A DNA stretch of 64,000 bases, from assembly GCA_964016885.1 (NCBI GenBank), contig OZ024753.1, positions 19,964,001 to 20,028,000 of the forward strand. The letters are read 5' to 3'. The notes beneath the pieces are model-generated. The model worked only from the letters and a program-made list of their open reading frames with translations, made no database searches and was not told the DNA's origin. This document shows positions 1 to 14,860 of this stretch, piece after piece; positions within the stretch are counted from its first letter, which is position 1, and each line of letters starts with the position of its first letter. The translations under genes and the position numbers were made by a program. Source of the DNA: Eledone cirrhosa (taxonomy: Eukaryota).

Positions 1-711
1 ATGTGTGAGTGTGTGGGTGTGTGAGTGTAGGTGTGATAATTTTTATTTTCATTTGGATTAAAACAATAGAAAACACAACGACGTCATATTTTGTGTATGA
101 AGATGTATGTGAATGTGTGTGTGTGCGCGCGCGTTCATTAGATACGTTATTAAATCCACACACCTACACATACATATACATATGTAGCGACTGTCAAAAA
201 ATGAGGTAAAAAGCTATGCGTGTGTCTGCGTGTCTGTGTGTGTGTGTCTTAGTATATGTATGTGAGAGTGTATGTGTGTGAGTGTGTAGCACAACACACA
301 AGAACAAAATGGTGTAGGACAGAACAAATGAGACATAGAAGGAAAAAAACGATTGTGTCAATCCTTACATTAAGAAAAAAAGTGTTTTCCCGGGTTTTTA
401 ATAAAATGTAAGAGTAAATTATATTTTAAGTTCCACATATTTTTTTATGTTTTTTGTTTGTTTGTTTGTTTGTTTTTTTGATTTTTGTTTTTGGCACATT
501 TGGACTTAGTTGAACATGAAACACATTCTGGATTCCTGGGCTGTAACAATTCTGAGAGAAACAGCATTTCTGAAACAACTGGAAGTTTCCCATGTGTATT
601 TTACGAAACATTATTTCGCCAAATATAAAGCATGTCCAGAAAAATGTATACACACTTCAACAGAAAAGGAATCAAAATGTGTATAGATTTTTGGGGAACT
701 CTCTCTCTCTC

Positions 712-743
<32 letters not shown>

Positions 744-745
744 GT

Positions 746-930
746 AATTGTTTCTACTTTAGGCACAAGGCCAGCAATTACCCAGTGCATTACTGGTACT
801 TTATTTTATCGACCCCGTAAGGATGAAAGGCAAAGTCAACCTCGGCGGGATTTGAACTCAGATCGTAAAGGGACGTAACTATGCTGGAAATCATGGCGTC
901 CGACCCTCTAACGATACTGCCAATCCACCG
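746..930 (-). mobile_element. tRNA-derived SINE (~185 bp; central domain resembles the Meta-SINE domain)
   Basis: The minus strand has an A-box-like TGGCAGTATCG, B-box GAGTTCAAATCC, core GCCTTTCATCCTTACGGGGTCGATAAAATAAAGTACCAG and tail GGCCTTGTGCCTAAAGTAGAAACAATT. More than 10 near-identical copies occur in the window. Confidence 0.85.
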
Positions 931-1041
931 AGTAATAATAATAAATTTGAAGACTAAAATCCAAAGAGGGCTCGATAAGGATAAATATATATCAAATATA
1001 TAAGAACCGTAGAGCAAATATTTATTAAAATAACAGATTAA

Positions 1042-1092
1042 ACTTTAAGCAAAGAATCGCTGCTTTCACCCTTAACGAGATGTTCTGAAACT
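1042..1092 (-). ncRNA. Type I hammerhead ribozyme, family A (degenerate copy, core CAGAACA)
   Basis: Reverse complement is homologous to 4892-4942. It lies in repeat 932-1450, which is shared with 4797-4965 and 13062-13400. Confidence 0.5.
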
Positions 1093-1451
1093 AACAAAGT
1101 CAATCTGTAAACGCAGAAGTGGATATTTCAAAAAACGTTGCAACCGGAGGAAAACAGGAAGACGATACTTTGATTCGTGGAAACGTTCCCTGGCAAAGAA
1201 TGGGGAAAAACGAATATAATACGTCATTAATAGGTGCGGTAAAAAACAATTACACGCTAAGACAGTACCACGTTTATGGTCTATCAAGGACGAATTCCCC
1301 AACGCGGGCGGTGGTTTGTACCGTGATGATGGTCTTTTGACCATGACTAAGTGCGGCCCTCGTGCTTGCTACAGGTTCAGAAAAGAACTCACAGCTTTCT
1401 TTAAAGGCTTCAACCTCTCTATTCAGGTTGAGGCTGCGAGTACGGAGTTAA

Positions 1452-1747
1452 TTATTATAAAATAATAGGAGTCTGGACTGGTGTAAATCCTTGAAAGGTT
1501 TATTATATCATGATCATTTCAATGACCGGGTTAAGTGTGAATCCGGTGATATCATCAGGTATTCGAAATATAATATATTATCTGTTATATTCCTTCTGCT
1601 ATATTCCTCTGTTATATTCCTTTGTTATATTTCGAATAGCTGAGGATATCACCGGTTTCATACGGAACCCGGTCATTGAAATGATCATGGTATAATAAAC
1701 CTTTCAAGGATTTATACAAGTCCAGCCTCCTGTTATTTTATTATAAT
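1452..1747. mobile_element. Inverted pair of PLE pseudo-LTR fragments, each with a hammerhead motif (family B: 1505-1562 minus, 1636-1693 plus)
   Basis: ~120-bp inverted arms carrying CTGATGA/CTGAGGA...GAAA-TGATCA. A third copy is at 46435-46545. Confidence 0.7.
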
Positions 1748-2855
1748 ATATATATACATGTAATATTGATGTATTATTAAAACCGGGTAAGACCAGGTGC
1801 GACTGCTAATACATATCGATGCGTGTGTATATATGTATGTATATATGCATGTATGTATGTGTGTATCTGGGAGTTAAGGACCCCTTGCCTTTGTCAGGGC
1901 ATTCTTCTAGGAGAAGTCAACTCAGGAAACTGGGATAACTGCGACATAAAACCTGCTGCTCAGTAGTTACCGATGATGTTGATCTTTTCTTCTTTTCGGG
2001 TTATAACTACTGTCGCTCAGAGAGTGGGATTGTGTTCAGTGCACAGTCTTTCCTCACTTTAAAAATATCTTCACGCACAGGCATTGCATGATAGTATTAT
2101 TTGATAATTATTAATAATGGTATATCATGCAATGGCCATACTCGATAACGAGGAGACAGCCATCATGTATGTATGTATGTATATATGTATGTATGTGTGT
2201 ATATATGTATATGTATGTGTGTATGTATGTATGTGTGTATGTATGTATGTATATATGTATATATGTATATATGTATGTATGTATATATGTATATATATAT
2301 GTATGCCTTTGTCAAGGCAGAATTGTAGGAGAAGGAAAACTCTGATATAACACCTGCAACCCTGATGGTATCCAATGGTGTTGCCTTGTTCTTCTTTTTG
2401 GTAAATATCATCTTGGTTAAGAGAGTGGGACTGGCTCTGTGCAGTGCCTTTGCTCACTATAAAAGCTTCACGGCACAGGCATTGCTTTATATCTGGAGAT
2501 CTCTCTGCACTTGACGTCACATGGTACCATGAGCCCAGCACTATGTGTCAATAATTGTCAAAAGTGTAGTGTTTGTACCAGAGTTTTCAAGTCGCTGGCT
2601 GGAGTAAAAAGTCACACACGTTCAGCGCATCGGTAGGGGTTCTCCTAAATGGATATAAATTAGTGGCCGTACTCGAAAACGAGTTGGCAGCCACCATATA
2701 TGTATGTATGTATGTATGTATATATGTATGTATGTATATGTGTGAACAACACCATTTGAAGTAAGGTTCAAACAAAACCCCTAATTGTTTTATGAGTACC
2801 GGAAACATATCTGATGAAACAGAATGAGAAGCTGCATAGAAGGTAAAAGTGTTTG

Positions 2856-3113
2856 CAAGCTATAAGATGCCGTAAGCTATAAGATGCTGCAAACTATAAG
2901 ATGCCGCAAGCTATAAGATGCCGCAAGCTATAATATGCCGCAAGCTATAATATGCTGCAAGCTATAATATGCCGCAAGCTATAAGAGGCTGCAAGCTATA
3001 TGATGCCGCAAGCTATAAGATGCCGCAAGATATAAGATGCCGCAAGCTATAAGATGTCGCAAGCTATAAGATATCGCAAGCTATAAGATGCCGCAGGCTA
3101 CAAAATGCCGCAA
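2856..3113. repeat. 17-bp minisatellite (GCAAGCTATAAGATGCC) x ~15
   Basis: Tandem repetition read directly. Confidence 0.95.
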
Positions 3114-3479
3114 GGTGCTTTTTTCCCATACGTGGATTACAGTCTTTCATGAATTGCAATAATGAAAAAAAAGACACAAATTTGGTAGAGTCAGCTGTTT
3201 TTTGTTAATATACGTGATATGTATATAGATAATTATATATACTATATGCTATTATTAAAGGGTATTATCGTTTGGAGGCCGCGAATTGGCAGAGCCGTTA
3301 GAATGTTTTGCTGTATTCTTTTCGACTCTATACTTTCTCAATTCAAATCTCGCTGAGATCAATTTTGCCTTTCATCCATGAAAGGTCGATAAAAAAAATA
3401 CCAGTCTCGTACTGGGTCGATTCTTCCTCTATATGACTTGCTCACTTCCATTCTCTGACTCTCTTTGCTACTCTGTTAG

Positions 3480-3623
3480 AAACCTGCTCAATTCAGACCT
3501 GGAGAGTTAATTGGCTCCATCAGATTTGATGATGCTATAGAAACGCCGTATGTCGACATGGTGCCTCCATGTCCCCTGGGGAGTTACGGGTCCATAAGTT
3601 ATCGTTTGAAGGGCAGTCTTAAA
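3480..3623 (+). CDS. Candidate internal exon of an unidentified host gene (KPAQFRPGELIGSIRFDDAIETPYVDMVPPCPLGSYGSISYRLKGSLK)
   Basis: Pyrimidine tract + AG at 3478-3479, 144 nt open frame, GT at 3624 (weak donor), phase 0/0, non-repetitive sequence. Confidence 0.5.
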
Positions 3624-4370
3624 GTATCAGACAAGTATCAGTATTTAAAGTATCAGACAAATGTTCCCACTTTTTTTATGTTTTGTGTTCAAATCCCTCT
3701 AATAGCAGCTCCGACTGCAACATTCGTAGATAGCTACAAATACAATAGAAATCATATACTAGGACAGATATAAAATTACTGACCTTCTACCAAATGGAGG
3801 AACCATTATTATTCGTGCTTTTGCGAGATAGATTTGTGGCATATATTTACCTCCCTTTAACTTCTGAGTTCAGATTCCTCGAAGATAGCTTTGCCTTTCA
3901 TCCTCAGAGGATCGATAAAATAATGTATCCGTAACGCACTGGGATAGATGTAACCAAATATTGCTTCCCCCAAAATTGTTGGCCTTGGGCCTAAATCAGA
4001 ACTCATTATCATTCGTTTTTGAAAGAACATTTCACGAACGATTTTTTCGAGGAATGACTATTTATCAAAATGGGGTGTCGGAGGATAATGCTTATAAAAA
4101 TACTATTGGCTGAAATAAATTTAACTGTGGAGCAATTTTAAATATCGAATGAATTAAAATGCAAAATGCAAATAAAATTACCATTTGAAAATGTAATTTA
4201 AAACGACAGCAACAGAAGTTCAAGTAAAATAAATTGATCATTCGATTATTAACGGTGTATCGATTTACATAGTCTTTTAGTTTCAATAAATGTCCGTTGA
4301 ATGAAAGACGATTCCATGGAATGTCATTAGATTAAAAATAGTTTGATTTTATATATATATATATATATAT

Positions 4371-4567
4371 AACGAAGGAGTTGTGGTAAGGACCCAGATG
4401 GAGCATAACGCACCAGAGTACTCAATACATAGGCTAGTAGAGTGGGTAATAGGAGAAAGTATGACCCCGACAGCAGAGGGCAAGCCGTTTCGACGGCAAT
4501 TTCTGGAGTCCAGAAATAGCCGTCGAAACGGCTTGAGCTCTGTCGTGGGGGTCATACTTTCCCCTAT
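4371..4567. mobile_element. TA-flanked fold-back element carrying the 3' half of a hammerhead (family J)
   Basis: ~60-bp inverted arms plus a one-sided ~80-nt flank. Relatives at 45250-45431, 48648-48808 and 58487-58677. Confidence 0.7.
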
Positions 4568-4592
4568 ATATATATATATATATTTATATAGT

Positions 4593-4780
4593 AATTGTCT
4601 CTACTATAGGCACAAGGCCAGCAAATACCCAGTGCATTACTGGTACTTTATTTTATCGACCTCGTAAAGATGAAAGGCAAAGTCAACCTCGGCGGGATTT
4701 GAAATCAGATCGTAAAGGGACGTAACTATGCTGGAAAGCATGACGTCTGACCCTCTACTGATACTGCCAATCCACCGCCC
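4593..4780 (-). mobile_element. tRNA-derived SINE
   Basis: Near-identical to 746-930. Confidence 0.85.
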
Positions 4781-4891
4781 TTATATATATATATTGTAAT
4801 AATAATAAATTTGAAGACTAAAATCCAAAGAGGGCTCGATAAGGATAAATATATATCAAATATATAAGAACCGTCGAGCTAAAAGTTTGTT

Positions 4892-4942
4892 AGTTTCAGA
4901 AGATCCCGTTAAGGGTGAAAGCAGCGATTCTTTGCTTAAACT
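4892..4942 (+). ncRNA. Type I hammerhead ribozyme, family A, core variant CAGAAGA
   Basis: AGTTT-CAGAAGA-TCCC(GTTAA)GGGT-GAAA-GCAG(CGATTCT)TTGC-TT-AAACT; stems I, II and III all pair. Confidence 0.65.
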
Positions 4943-4958
4943 TTAATATGTTATTTTA

Positions 4959-4995
<37 letters not shown>

Positions 4996-5108
4996 TAAAA
5001 AGATTTTCAACTTTGTCTGATTTACTCGTTTTATTTACAAATCTTTAAAATTATAATGGGATTATAATGAAATAGTATGGTAGAATATTAAATGTTAAAT
5101 GTTACTTG

Positions 5109-5143
5109 AACAAGTACTTTCATGCTTTCGCAATCTTCAGGTT
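5109..5143 (-). ncRNA. Minimal type I hammerhead, family C
   Basis: Reverse complement reads AAC-CTGAAGA-TTGC(GAAA)GCAT-GAAA-GTAC-TT-GTT. The host repeat 4992-5190 is homologous to 33930-34130. Confidence 0.75.
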
Positions 5144-5239
5144 TATATTAAGTTGTGACAGTCAATTTTGCAATTTTCAATATATGTATATTCCTTCCAT
5201 ATAATGTACCGTTTGTATTGTTATTTCTGTTTACCTTTT

Positions 5240-5272
<33 letters not shown>

Positions 5273-5280
5273 AATATATG

Positions 5281-5419
<139 letters not shown>

Positions 5420-5565
5420 ATACTTTGGGAGGGTCATGTTGCCAATAAGAAACACACGCACCGATGTTTCACTTCAATTTATTATAAATTAAATTTATAA
5501 ATTTAGGAATTTATAAATTTCCGGTTGGCTGGGTGGTTCCACAACCAGGCGATTGTTCATATATT

Positions 5566-5608
5566 GTCGAAGTTCTTTCGTCACACATTCAGTGACCTCT
5601 TCAGTGAC
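5566..5608 (-). ncRNA. Minimal type I hammerhead, family D
   Basis: Reverse complement reads GTCA-CTGAAGA-G-GTCAC(TGAATGT)GTGAC-GAAA-GAAC-TT-CGAC. Repeat 5413-5611 matches 21836-22034. Confidence 0.75.
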
Positions 5609-5983
5609 TGGAGATTATATATATATATATATATATTGCCATAAATAATAACAGGACACACTCACTGTTTGGTTGGTTTCGCTTCTGTATCTTTTATATC
5701 TCCATAGTTAATTTACTTGGCAATCAATGTTTATCATTGATTGACCCACGGTTAAAAATACAGATATAAATATATATATATAGTCTAACAAAGTTCATTT
5801 GTTGCACATCTGTGACATCATCAGTGGTACTATAATTATGTTTCCTCCTTTTGTGTTGTGTTTACGCCATTTTTATTAAAAATAAAAATAGAAAATAATA
5901 AAATGTAAAATAATAAAAATAGAATAAAATAAAAAATAAAAATGGCGTAAACATAACGCAATAGAAGGAAACATGATAATAGT

Positions 5984-6024
5984 ACCACTGATGAGGTGCA
6001 GATGTGCAATGAAAGAACTTTGTT
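5984..6024 (+). ncRNA. Minimal type I hammerhead, family E, in an inverted pLTR pair (5640-6150)
   Basis: ACCA-CTGATGA-GGTGCA(GATG)TGCAAT-GAAA-GAAC-TT-TGTT; degenerate inverted copy at 5787-5829. Confidence 0.65.
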
Positions 6025-6183
6025 AGACTATATATATATTTATATCTGATAAACATTGATTGCTAAATAAATTAACTATGGAGATATAAAAGATACAGAT
6101 GCGAGAATCAACCAAACAGTGAGTGTGTTCTGTTATTATTCCTGGAAAATACTATTAAAAACAATATGATCCTCCCCAAGTAT

Positions 6184-6260
<77 letters not shown>

Positions 6261-6792
6261 ACAGTAAAGAGAGAAGAACACACATATACAATATACATTT
6301 GTGTGTTCAAATCATAAGGGACACAAACCGCCAAGGTTAAGTATATATTAACTAAAGATAATACGGTTCACAGATCTCAATTAAAAGAATGAATTAAGGT
6401 ATACGAGCAGACTATGATAACTATCAAGTATCCAGACAGCTTTAGGGTAGAATGTTTCAAAATTCAGTGAAGAGATTTAGTGGTTCGATTACTTGACATT
6501 GGATGTCCAGACAAATAAGCCCTTCACTTCTAAGTGTCTTAGAAGACGAAAACACACACATGTGTTAAGAGAGGATAACCATATACGTATCGTGTGCCAA
6601 ATAGAACGTACAGTTACTAGAAATAGCAGCCAGAACCATTCGATGTAGTAAAAGCTCAACTAAAGCATAACAACTCAATTTATCAAACTGACATGCTGAG
6701 TTATAACTCACAATAGACACTTATGATCAAATTAGATCAAGGAAAGAAATCGCCGTGACTTTATAACAAAATAAAGAGAAAACACACACACA

Positions 6793-6877
<85 letters not shown>

Positions 6878-7084
6878 AGGAGTTGACGGACCCAGCCTAT
6901 TTATCAATGCCAAGACCGGTTGTATCTCAGCGTAATCTATATATATATAGTCGTTTTGGAGGCCTCAACATTGCAGACGGGTAAATCCCCAGGTAACAAA
7001 ATCAGGGGAGAGACAGAAGTTGGAGGGAGCGTAGAAAGAGACGTAGAGAGCGCAAAAGAATATAAGACAGGTGCAAAAAGACAA

Positions 7085-7838
<754 letters not shown>

Positions 7839-8365
7839 CAATGATATTAATAAATGGAAACTATCTTTATAAAACCATATTTATTCTATTATATATATGT
7901 CAAGGGTACCAAATCTTTGGTACCCCATCATCAGATAAAATACAAAGTTTGTTTTTTAAATAGTGACATACTCAGGAATCAGACCTTAACGGTTCAAGTT
8001 ATGTTTGGATATATATATATATATTCTGAAAAGATTGTTTTGGTTAAAAGAGGAGCAAGCGGGAGAAAGCTCTCAACATACGTAGTTTATAGTTGCGATG
8101 GAGTTTCAGTATAATAACAACAGTAACAAAGATGTTGATGTTACATAGATAGACATATATGTGTCTGCTAGACGAACTAGAAGAAGGACGTGTGTGTTTT
8201 CCTGCAGGCAGCATATCACTAAATCTAATTTCATCTGAGGATACCGTTCTCATAACAACAGCAAATGCATGAAATACATCTTGATTGCAAGCGAGAAGCG
8301 TTGAAATAATTATAATGAATAAACGATACATGTAACCTCAGCATCTTTATTAATGTTATTATCAT

Positions 8366-8444
<79 letters not shown>

Positions 8445-8486
8445 CAAAGTGTTAAAAGGACCAAATTTTAGTTTAGAACATTTATT

Positions 8487-8533
8487 TGCTGACAATTGTT
8501 TCTTCCAGGGGGAAGTCTGATATCATCGGAGCA
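8487..8533 (-). ncRNA. Type I hammerhead, family F, core CCGATGA
   Basis: Reverse complement reads TGCT-CCGATGA-TATCAG(ACTTCCCC)CTGGAA-GAAA-CAATTG-TC-AGCA. Repeat 8445-8895 is homologous to the PLE 3' end at 60440-60853. Confidence 0.75.
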
Positions 8534-8983
8534 TAAGGAATGTCGAAACATGTAACTAGAATCCTAGTCATTTACAACATTTAGGGTACATAATTGTTGT
8601 TAGTGTCATAGGCATCATGTGGAGAGTCAGCAGTTAAAAAGATGTTCTGCTTGAAAGAACACAATTACAGGCAGAACTGGTTGGAAGTGTAATAGGTATA
8701 AGTAAAAAGCATAAGCAAAAATTCACAAGCAAAAAAACACAGGCAAAAAATTATAAGCAACATAAATTGCTGTACAATGCAGGAGTCAATACAGTCAATA
8801 AGGCATGTATGAGGAAAGAGTTATAATGCAGTTGAAGTAAACATATTTTGTGTGGGGTGTTAAAGCATGTTATAGTTGTTATAAATGTTTAAGATCGAGA
8901 CTGAGGTTAGCTGGACATGTTCACCGACACTGAAAGTTGACCACTGGAGAGATCTCGTTCATGGATCTCGGGAATTTTACCCG

Positions 8984-9081
<98 letters not shown>

Positions 9082-9369
9082 GACATAATCCTGGTAAGTA
9101 TATAAGCATTTCAAACTTTAAGTTATACCTAATTGTGTATGGTTGACGGTATATTTAATCGATTTCCACGTGCTGTTGAAATGTTGGGTAAACATTCTAT
9201 GGCGGTTGGCCGCAAAGAGATTGCTGTCGTTTATTTATTTAATATTTCTTCATAGGTGCCTTTTAATCTTATAGCCTGGCCTAATTGATTTTGTGTGGAT
9301 TAATTATGCTAATTGGGAGAGGAAATTATGTATATATATTATCAAATGATTCTATGGACATACTTTATA

Positions 9370-9407
<38 letters not shown>

Positions 9408-9563
9408 GTTCCCACACTAAGTCTCCTTACCACTGTTTAAGATATTATGTACAATTTGAATTGCGGATTCATATTTACAGCATATGATTTCTGTAAATTC
9501 ATGGAGTGAGGGGATAGTGGGTGGGCTACACGTAGCCTAAACGTATAACGTATATATATGTAT

Positions 9564-9624
<61 letters not shown>

Positions 9625-9626
<2 letters not shown>

Positions 9627-9872
9627 TGCCGTAACTCCCGATAGAATCGTAGGGGCACCGTATTGACATACGACGTTTCTTGGGCACCTTCAAGCATGGC
9701 CTGGCCTACCTTCTCCAAGCCTGAGTACAGCAGATTTCTACAAGCAGTGAGGGCGAGAAACACGAACAAAAGATATAGAGGAATAATCCACCCCAGTGCT
9801 ATACTGGTACATTCATTTATCGACCTCGAAAGGATGAAAGGGAAAGTTGACTTCGGCAAGATTTGAACTCAG
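9625..9872 (-). mobile_element. Longer, diverged SINE subfamily (same core, different tail)
   Basis: Shares the SINE core; the tail matches 28345-28675. Confidence 0.6.
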
Positions 9873-9920
9873 AGAAGAGACAGCCATCACCACAAACCAT
9901 TCTATCCGACCTGCTGACGA

Positions 9921-10037
<117 letters not shown>

Positions 10038-10042
10038 TATAT

Positions 10043-10088
<46 letters not shown>

Positions 10089-10114
10089 TGTGTATATATA
10101 TATATTCATATATA

Positions 10115-10156
<42 letters not shown>

Positions 10157-10195
10157 ATATATAAGATCAAAAGATGGTTAAAGGAGTTCCATGTA

Positions 10196-10262
10196 TTTTA
10201 TTATGCGCATTTCAAAAACAAACATCATCATGCAATAATATTTGTGTTTTCATCAGATAAAA
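10196..10262 (-). ncRNA. Type I hammerhead, family G (canonical core)
   Basis: Reverse complement of 43765-43831. Confidence 0.85.
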
Positions 10263-10426
10263 CAGGAGAACATGATATGAAGGCTAAAAAAAAACACTTG
10301 TGGATAGTGCAGTTTTAAATCAACATATATTATGTATACTCCAGTCCTACAAACTTTAGAGTGCTTCTTATCCGATATCTGCATTGCTTTATTGTACTAC
10401 AAGAAAACTCACCTCCTACATATATT

Positions 10427-10492
<66 letters not shown>

Positions 10493-10525
10493 CGCGCGCG
10501 CGCGTGTGTGTGTGTGTGCGCGCGC

Positions 10526-10557
<32 letters not shown>

Positions 10558-11130
10558 GTGTGTGTGTGTATGTATAAATGACTAATACGTAGTATGCAAT
10601 AGGATATGTTTCAATAAAGGTGTGCAGGAATAAATTATATGGAATGTTAAATATAGAACTGTGAATGAATGAGAAATATATGCAATGCAATAATATGGAA
10701 ATACAATACTTTTATGGAAAGCTATTAAAGAATATATACATAAGTGAAAATACTTGTTAGAATCTGCAGAAATAACAGACGAAATGATAAGACGAGACTG
10801 TGTCGATATAAATATGTGCATTAAAATATAAAGAATATGTAGGGAAACTATATGATAGGTAGGAGAGTTAATGGTAAGAAAGAGAATATGTTGAATATTG
10901 TTATATGGTAGAGGAAATAGCTAGTAGAAAAATTAACGAAGACAATAAGAAAGAGAAATGAATCTTATAAGATGAATTTGGAAGACAAAGCAAGAAAATA
11001 CGAACTGCAGAGATAATCCGGTGTTGAATATACATACATACATACATGCATACCTACATATATACATATGTATACTTATATATATATACATATGTATAAA
11101 TAAATATATATATATATACATATACATATA

Positions 11131-11257
<127 letters not shown>

Positions 11258-11265
11258 ATGTATAT

Positions 11266-11344
<79 letters not shown>

Positions 11345-11594
11345 TATACTCATTTATACACATATATATACATATATATACATACATACATATACCTATA
11401 TATACATACATATATATACATATATGTATGTATATAAATATATATATTATATGTATATATATATATACTTTATACACTATGAGCTATTCTCATACTTGTA
11501 ATTAGATAATATTTAGTATTACCCACATTATATATGTAAATGTATATACATATATATATATATGTGTATGTGTGGGTGTATTGATGTAATTATG

Positions 11595-11670
<76 letters not shown>

Positions 11671-13172
11671 AATAAATATGAAATATGTCTATATGTATAT
11701 ACACATATATATATTGATATATAAATATATTTCTACATATATATATATATATGTGTATATATATATTAGGGGAGGGATGTGTCAGTGTGTATGTTTGTGT
11801 ATTAGTTTGTGCTTGTATGTGAATTGAACAATATATGCATATAAGAATGGTTTGTGTATATAACAGATATGTGGTTAATAGGAAATGTGGATGAGAAGTC
11901 ATATAAATATGCGACAATAGAAATATATCAACATTAGGAATCGTTTAGAATTAATACTGCAAAAAATATATGTAGTATAACATAACATATATATAGAAAA
12001 AAGGTATGGAAGGCGATTTATGATAATCCTAATGTATTAGGAATATTACTGAAAGAGTTATAAAGAAAGGCTGTATGTGAAAGAATCTATGGAACCAATA
12101 TGTATTAAATTGTGCCAAACATAAATAATGCGGATATGTATTAATATGATTATTGAGACTAAATGCCAAAAGCATCAGATACAATATCCTATGAAGGGAC
12201 ATATATAAAAATACAATTGGCAGGGAAAATGTAACGAAAATACTTTAAAGAAAACAAAACAAAAAGGCAATTGGCTGGGAAATGTTGTTATTAGGAATGT
12301 TGCCAAAGAAATTGCTAGATAGTATATGTGGACACGAAATCCCCAAATATACAAATATTAATAGTGACAATCACTAGACAACATACTACGAAGAATTAAA
12401 ATATTTCACAGATTATATATACATTTAATGTCTCTGCAAATATATAGATAACAAAGTTAGGTTCGGAATATATGAAACGGAATTTGAAGAGAAAAATGAC
12501 AATCTTAATATAAAGAGGTAGGAGAGTTTATAAGATTATATTGTTGCTGATGTTGTAATAACAGCTTTCTTTTATTATTAAATTCCTGAATCGACGTTTT
12601 TTTTAAACGGTTTTTATTCCTAGATATTCCTGTAATCAGGGAGAGCGTCTGTTTCTATGTCTCAGTATATACAGGTTCAATGTTGTAGGTGATAATCCTT
12701 TATTGAAGTTGCGGACAGTTTGAATACGGGCAAATCTTTTAAGGATGTGACTCACGGTAAGTCACATATACGCACGTGCATACATACACATACATATATA
12801 TACACATATCTATGTCACACATACGCACGTGCATACATACACATATATATATATACACACACGCATATGCACAGATACACATAAACATGTACACATATAT
12901 CTGTATACCTACAGACACATATAAAAACACACATCTATACATACATATATGTATACACATCTACTCAAGTGTTTAAGTTCATATATACATTGGTGTGGGG
13001 GATATATATATATATAATTATATATATATATAAATATATATATATATACATATATATATATAGTAATAATAATAAATTTGAAGACTAAAATCCAAAGAGG
13101 GTTCCATAAGGATAAATATATATCAAATATATAAGAACCGTAGAGCAAATATTTATTAAAATAACAGATTAA

Positions 13173-13223
13173 AATTTAAGCAAAGAATCACTGCTTTCGC
13201 CCTTAACGAGATCTTCTGAAACT
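13173..13223 (-). ncRNA. Type I hammerhead, family A, core CAGAAGA
   Basis: Homologue of 4892-4942. Confidence 0.6.
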
Positions 13224-14120
13224 AACAAAGACAATCTGTAAACGCAGAAGTGGACATTTCAAAAAACGTTGCAACCGGAGGAAGACAGGAAGACGATACT
13301 TTGGTTCGTGGAAACGTTCCCTGGCAAAGAACGGGAAAAAACGAATATAATACGTCATTAATAGGAGCGGTGAAAAACAATTACACGCAAAGACAATATA
13401 TATATATATATATATGGGGGGGGGGGGGGTATAAATATACATTCAGCGAGAATCGCATTTCGGCGAGTAGAATAGGCGAAACGAAACGCAGTAATCTGAA
13501 ATAATGCTGGCAAGCGCGCGATATTTAAAAAAATCCAAAGCTAAACAATATGTTACGAGGCCATACAAAACTGAAATAGTGGTCAAGAAAGCATCAACCA
13601 CCTAAGCCAAAAAGTAAATCAAGCTAAACAGGTCAAAACAAAATAAAATAAATGATAAAGAAAAAAACAGACCTGGACCCGTTGGAATTGATGTTAACAT
13701 CCAAATGCAAGGTTTCTATGACACCTAAATCAAAATACGGTCTGCTTAAAAATATAAGCTTTGGGCATAATGGTCGAACAAGGAATATCACGTTATCAAC
13801 AGGTATTTCGCTCTGTACCAAATTTGTGAGTGACACAAAGGCTCGTAAAAGCACGTGTGGAACTCACAAGGGAAAAACCCCAGATTTTGGTAAATGAATT
13901 CAGTATGTGTATTCCATGCAAAAAATTGCATGAATAGCACAAATGGAATAAGCTCTCAACTGGGTGGTTTTTAAAATAAACTTAAACAATTAACCTGTCA
14001 ATAAAAATTATTAACAAGTTAATTAATTGTAAGACTCGGGAGATTAATAGAAATATAGATTTAGCGAGAATCGCATTTCAGCGTATAGAAAAGGCGAAAC
14101 GAAACGCAAAAATCAGAAAT

Positions 14121-14302
14121 AATTGTTTCTACTTTTGGCACAAGGCCAGTAATTACCCAGTGCATTACTGGTACTTTATTTTATCGACCCCGTAAGGATG
14201 AAAGGCAAAGTTAACCTCGGCGGGATTTGAACTCAGAATGGCAAGGGCCGTAACTATGCGTCAAAGCATGGCGTCCGACTCTCTACCGATACTGCCAATC
14301 CC
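14121..14302 (-). mobile_element. tRNA-derived SINE inserted in the ~610-nt repeat
   Basis: Same SINE family; CAGAAATAAT appears duplicated on both sides (TSD-like). Confidence 0.85.
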
Positions 14303-14768
14303 AGAAATAATGCTGGCAAACGCTCCATAGTTAAAAAGCCAGAGCTAAACAATATCTTAAGACGCCATACAAAACTTAAATAGTGGTCAAGAAAGCATCA
14401 ACCACCTAAGCTATATATGTATATATATATATATTTATAAATTAAATATTCTTTTAAATGAAATATTCTTTTCATATATTATAGATATAGCTTTTACAAC
14501 GAGATAATACTTTTTAATGGACTTCAATTCCATACTAAATTACTAAGAAATGACAATCATAATGTAATAATATTGTTTCTGTACCTGAAGTATTCTCCAA
14601 CACTACCGGAAAATACACAAGAACAAAGTAATTGAAATAAAGTGAAAAGTGAAGAGAAATATCTAGTTTTGTTATAATAAAAGGACATTTATCTGAAAAG
14701 TGCTTCAATAAAATTATATATTATATTTTACATATTACTCTCTCTGTTACTATATCTATCTATCTATA

Positions 14769-14860
<92 letters not shown>

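Noticed and set aside
1770-1825. Twister-like hairpin ACCGGGTAAGACCAGGT
   Set aside because: The twister pseudoknot pairings could not be built.
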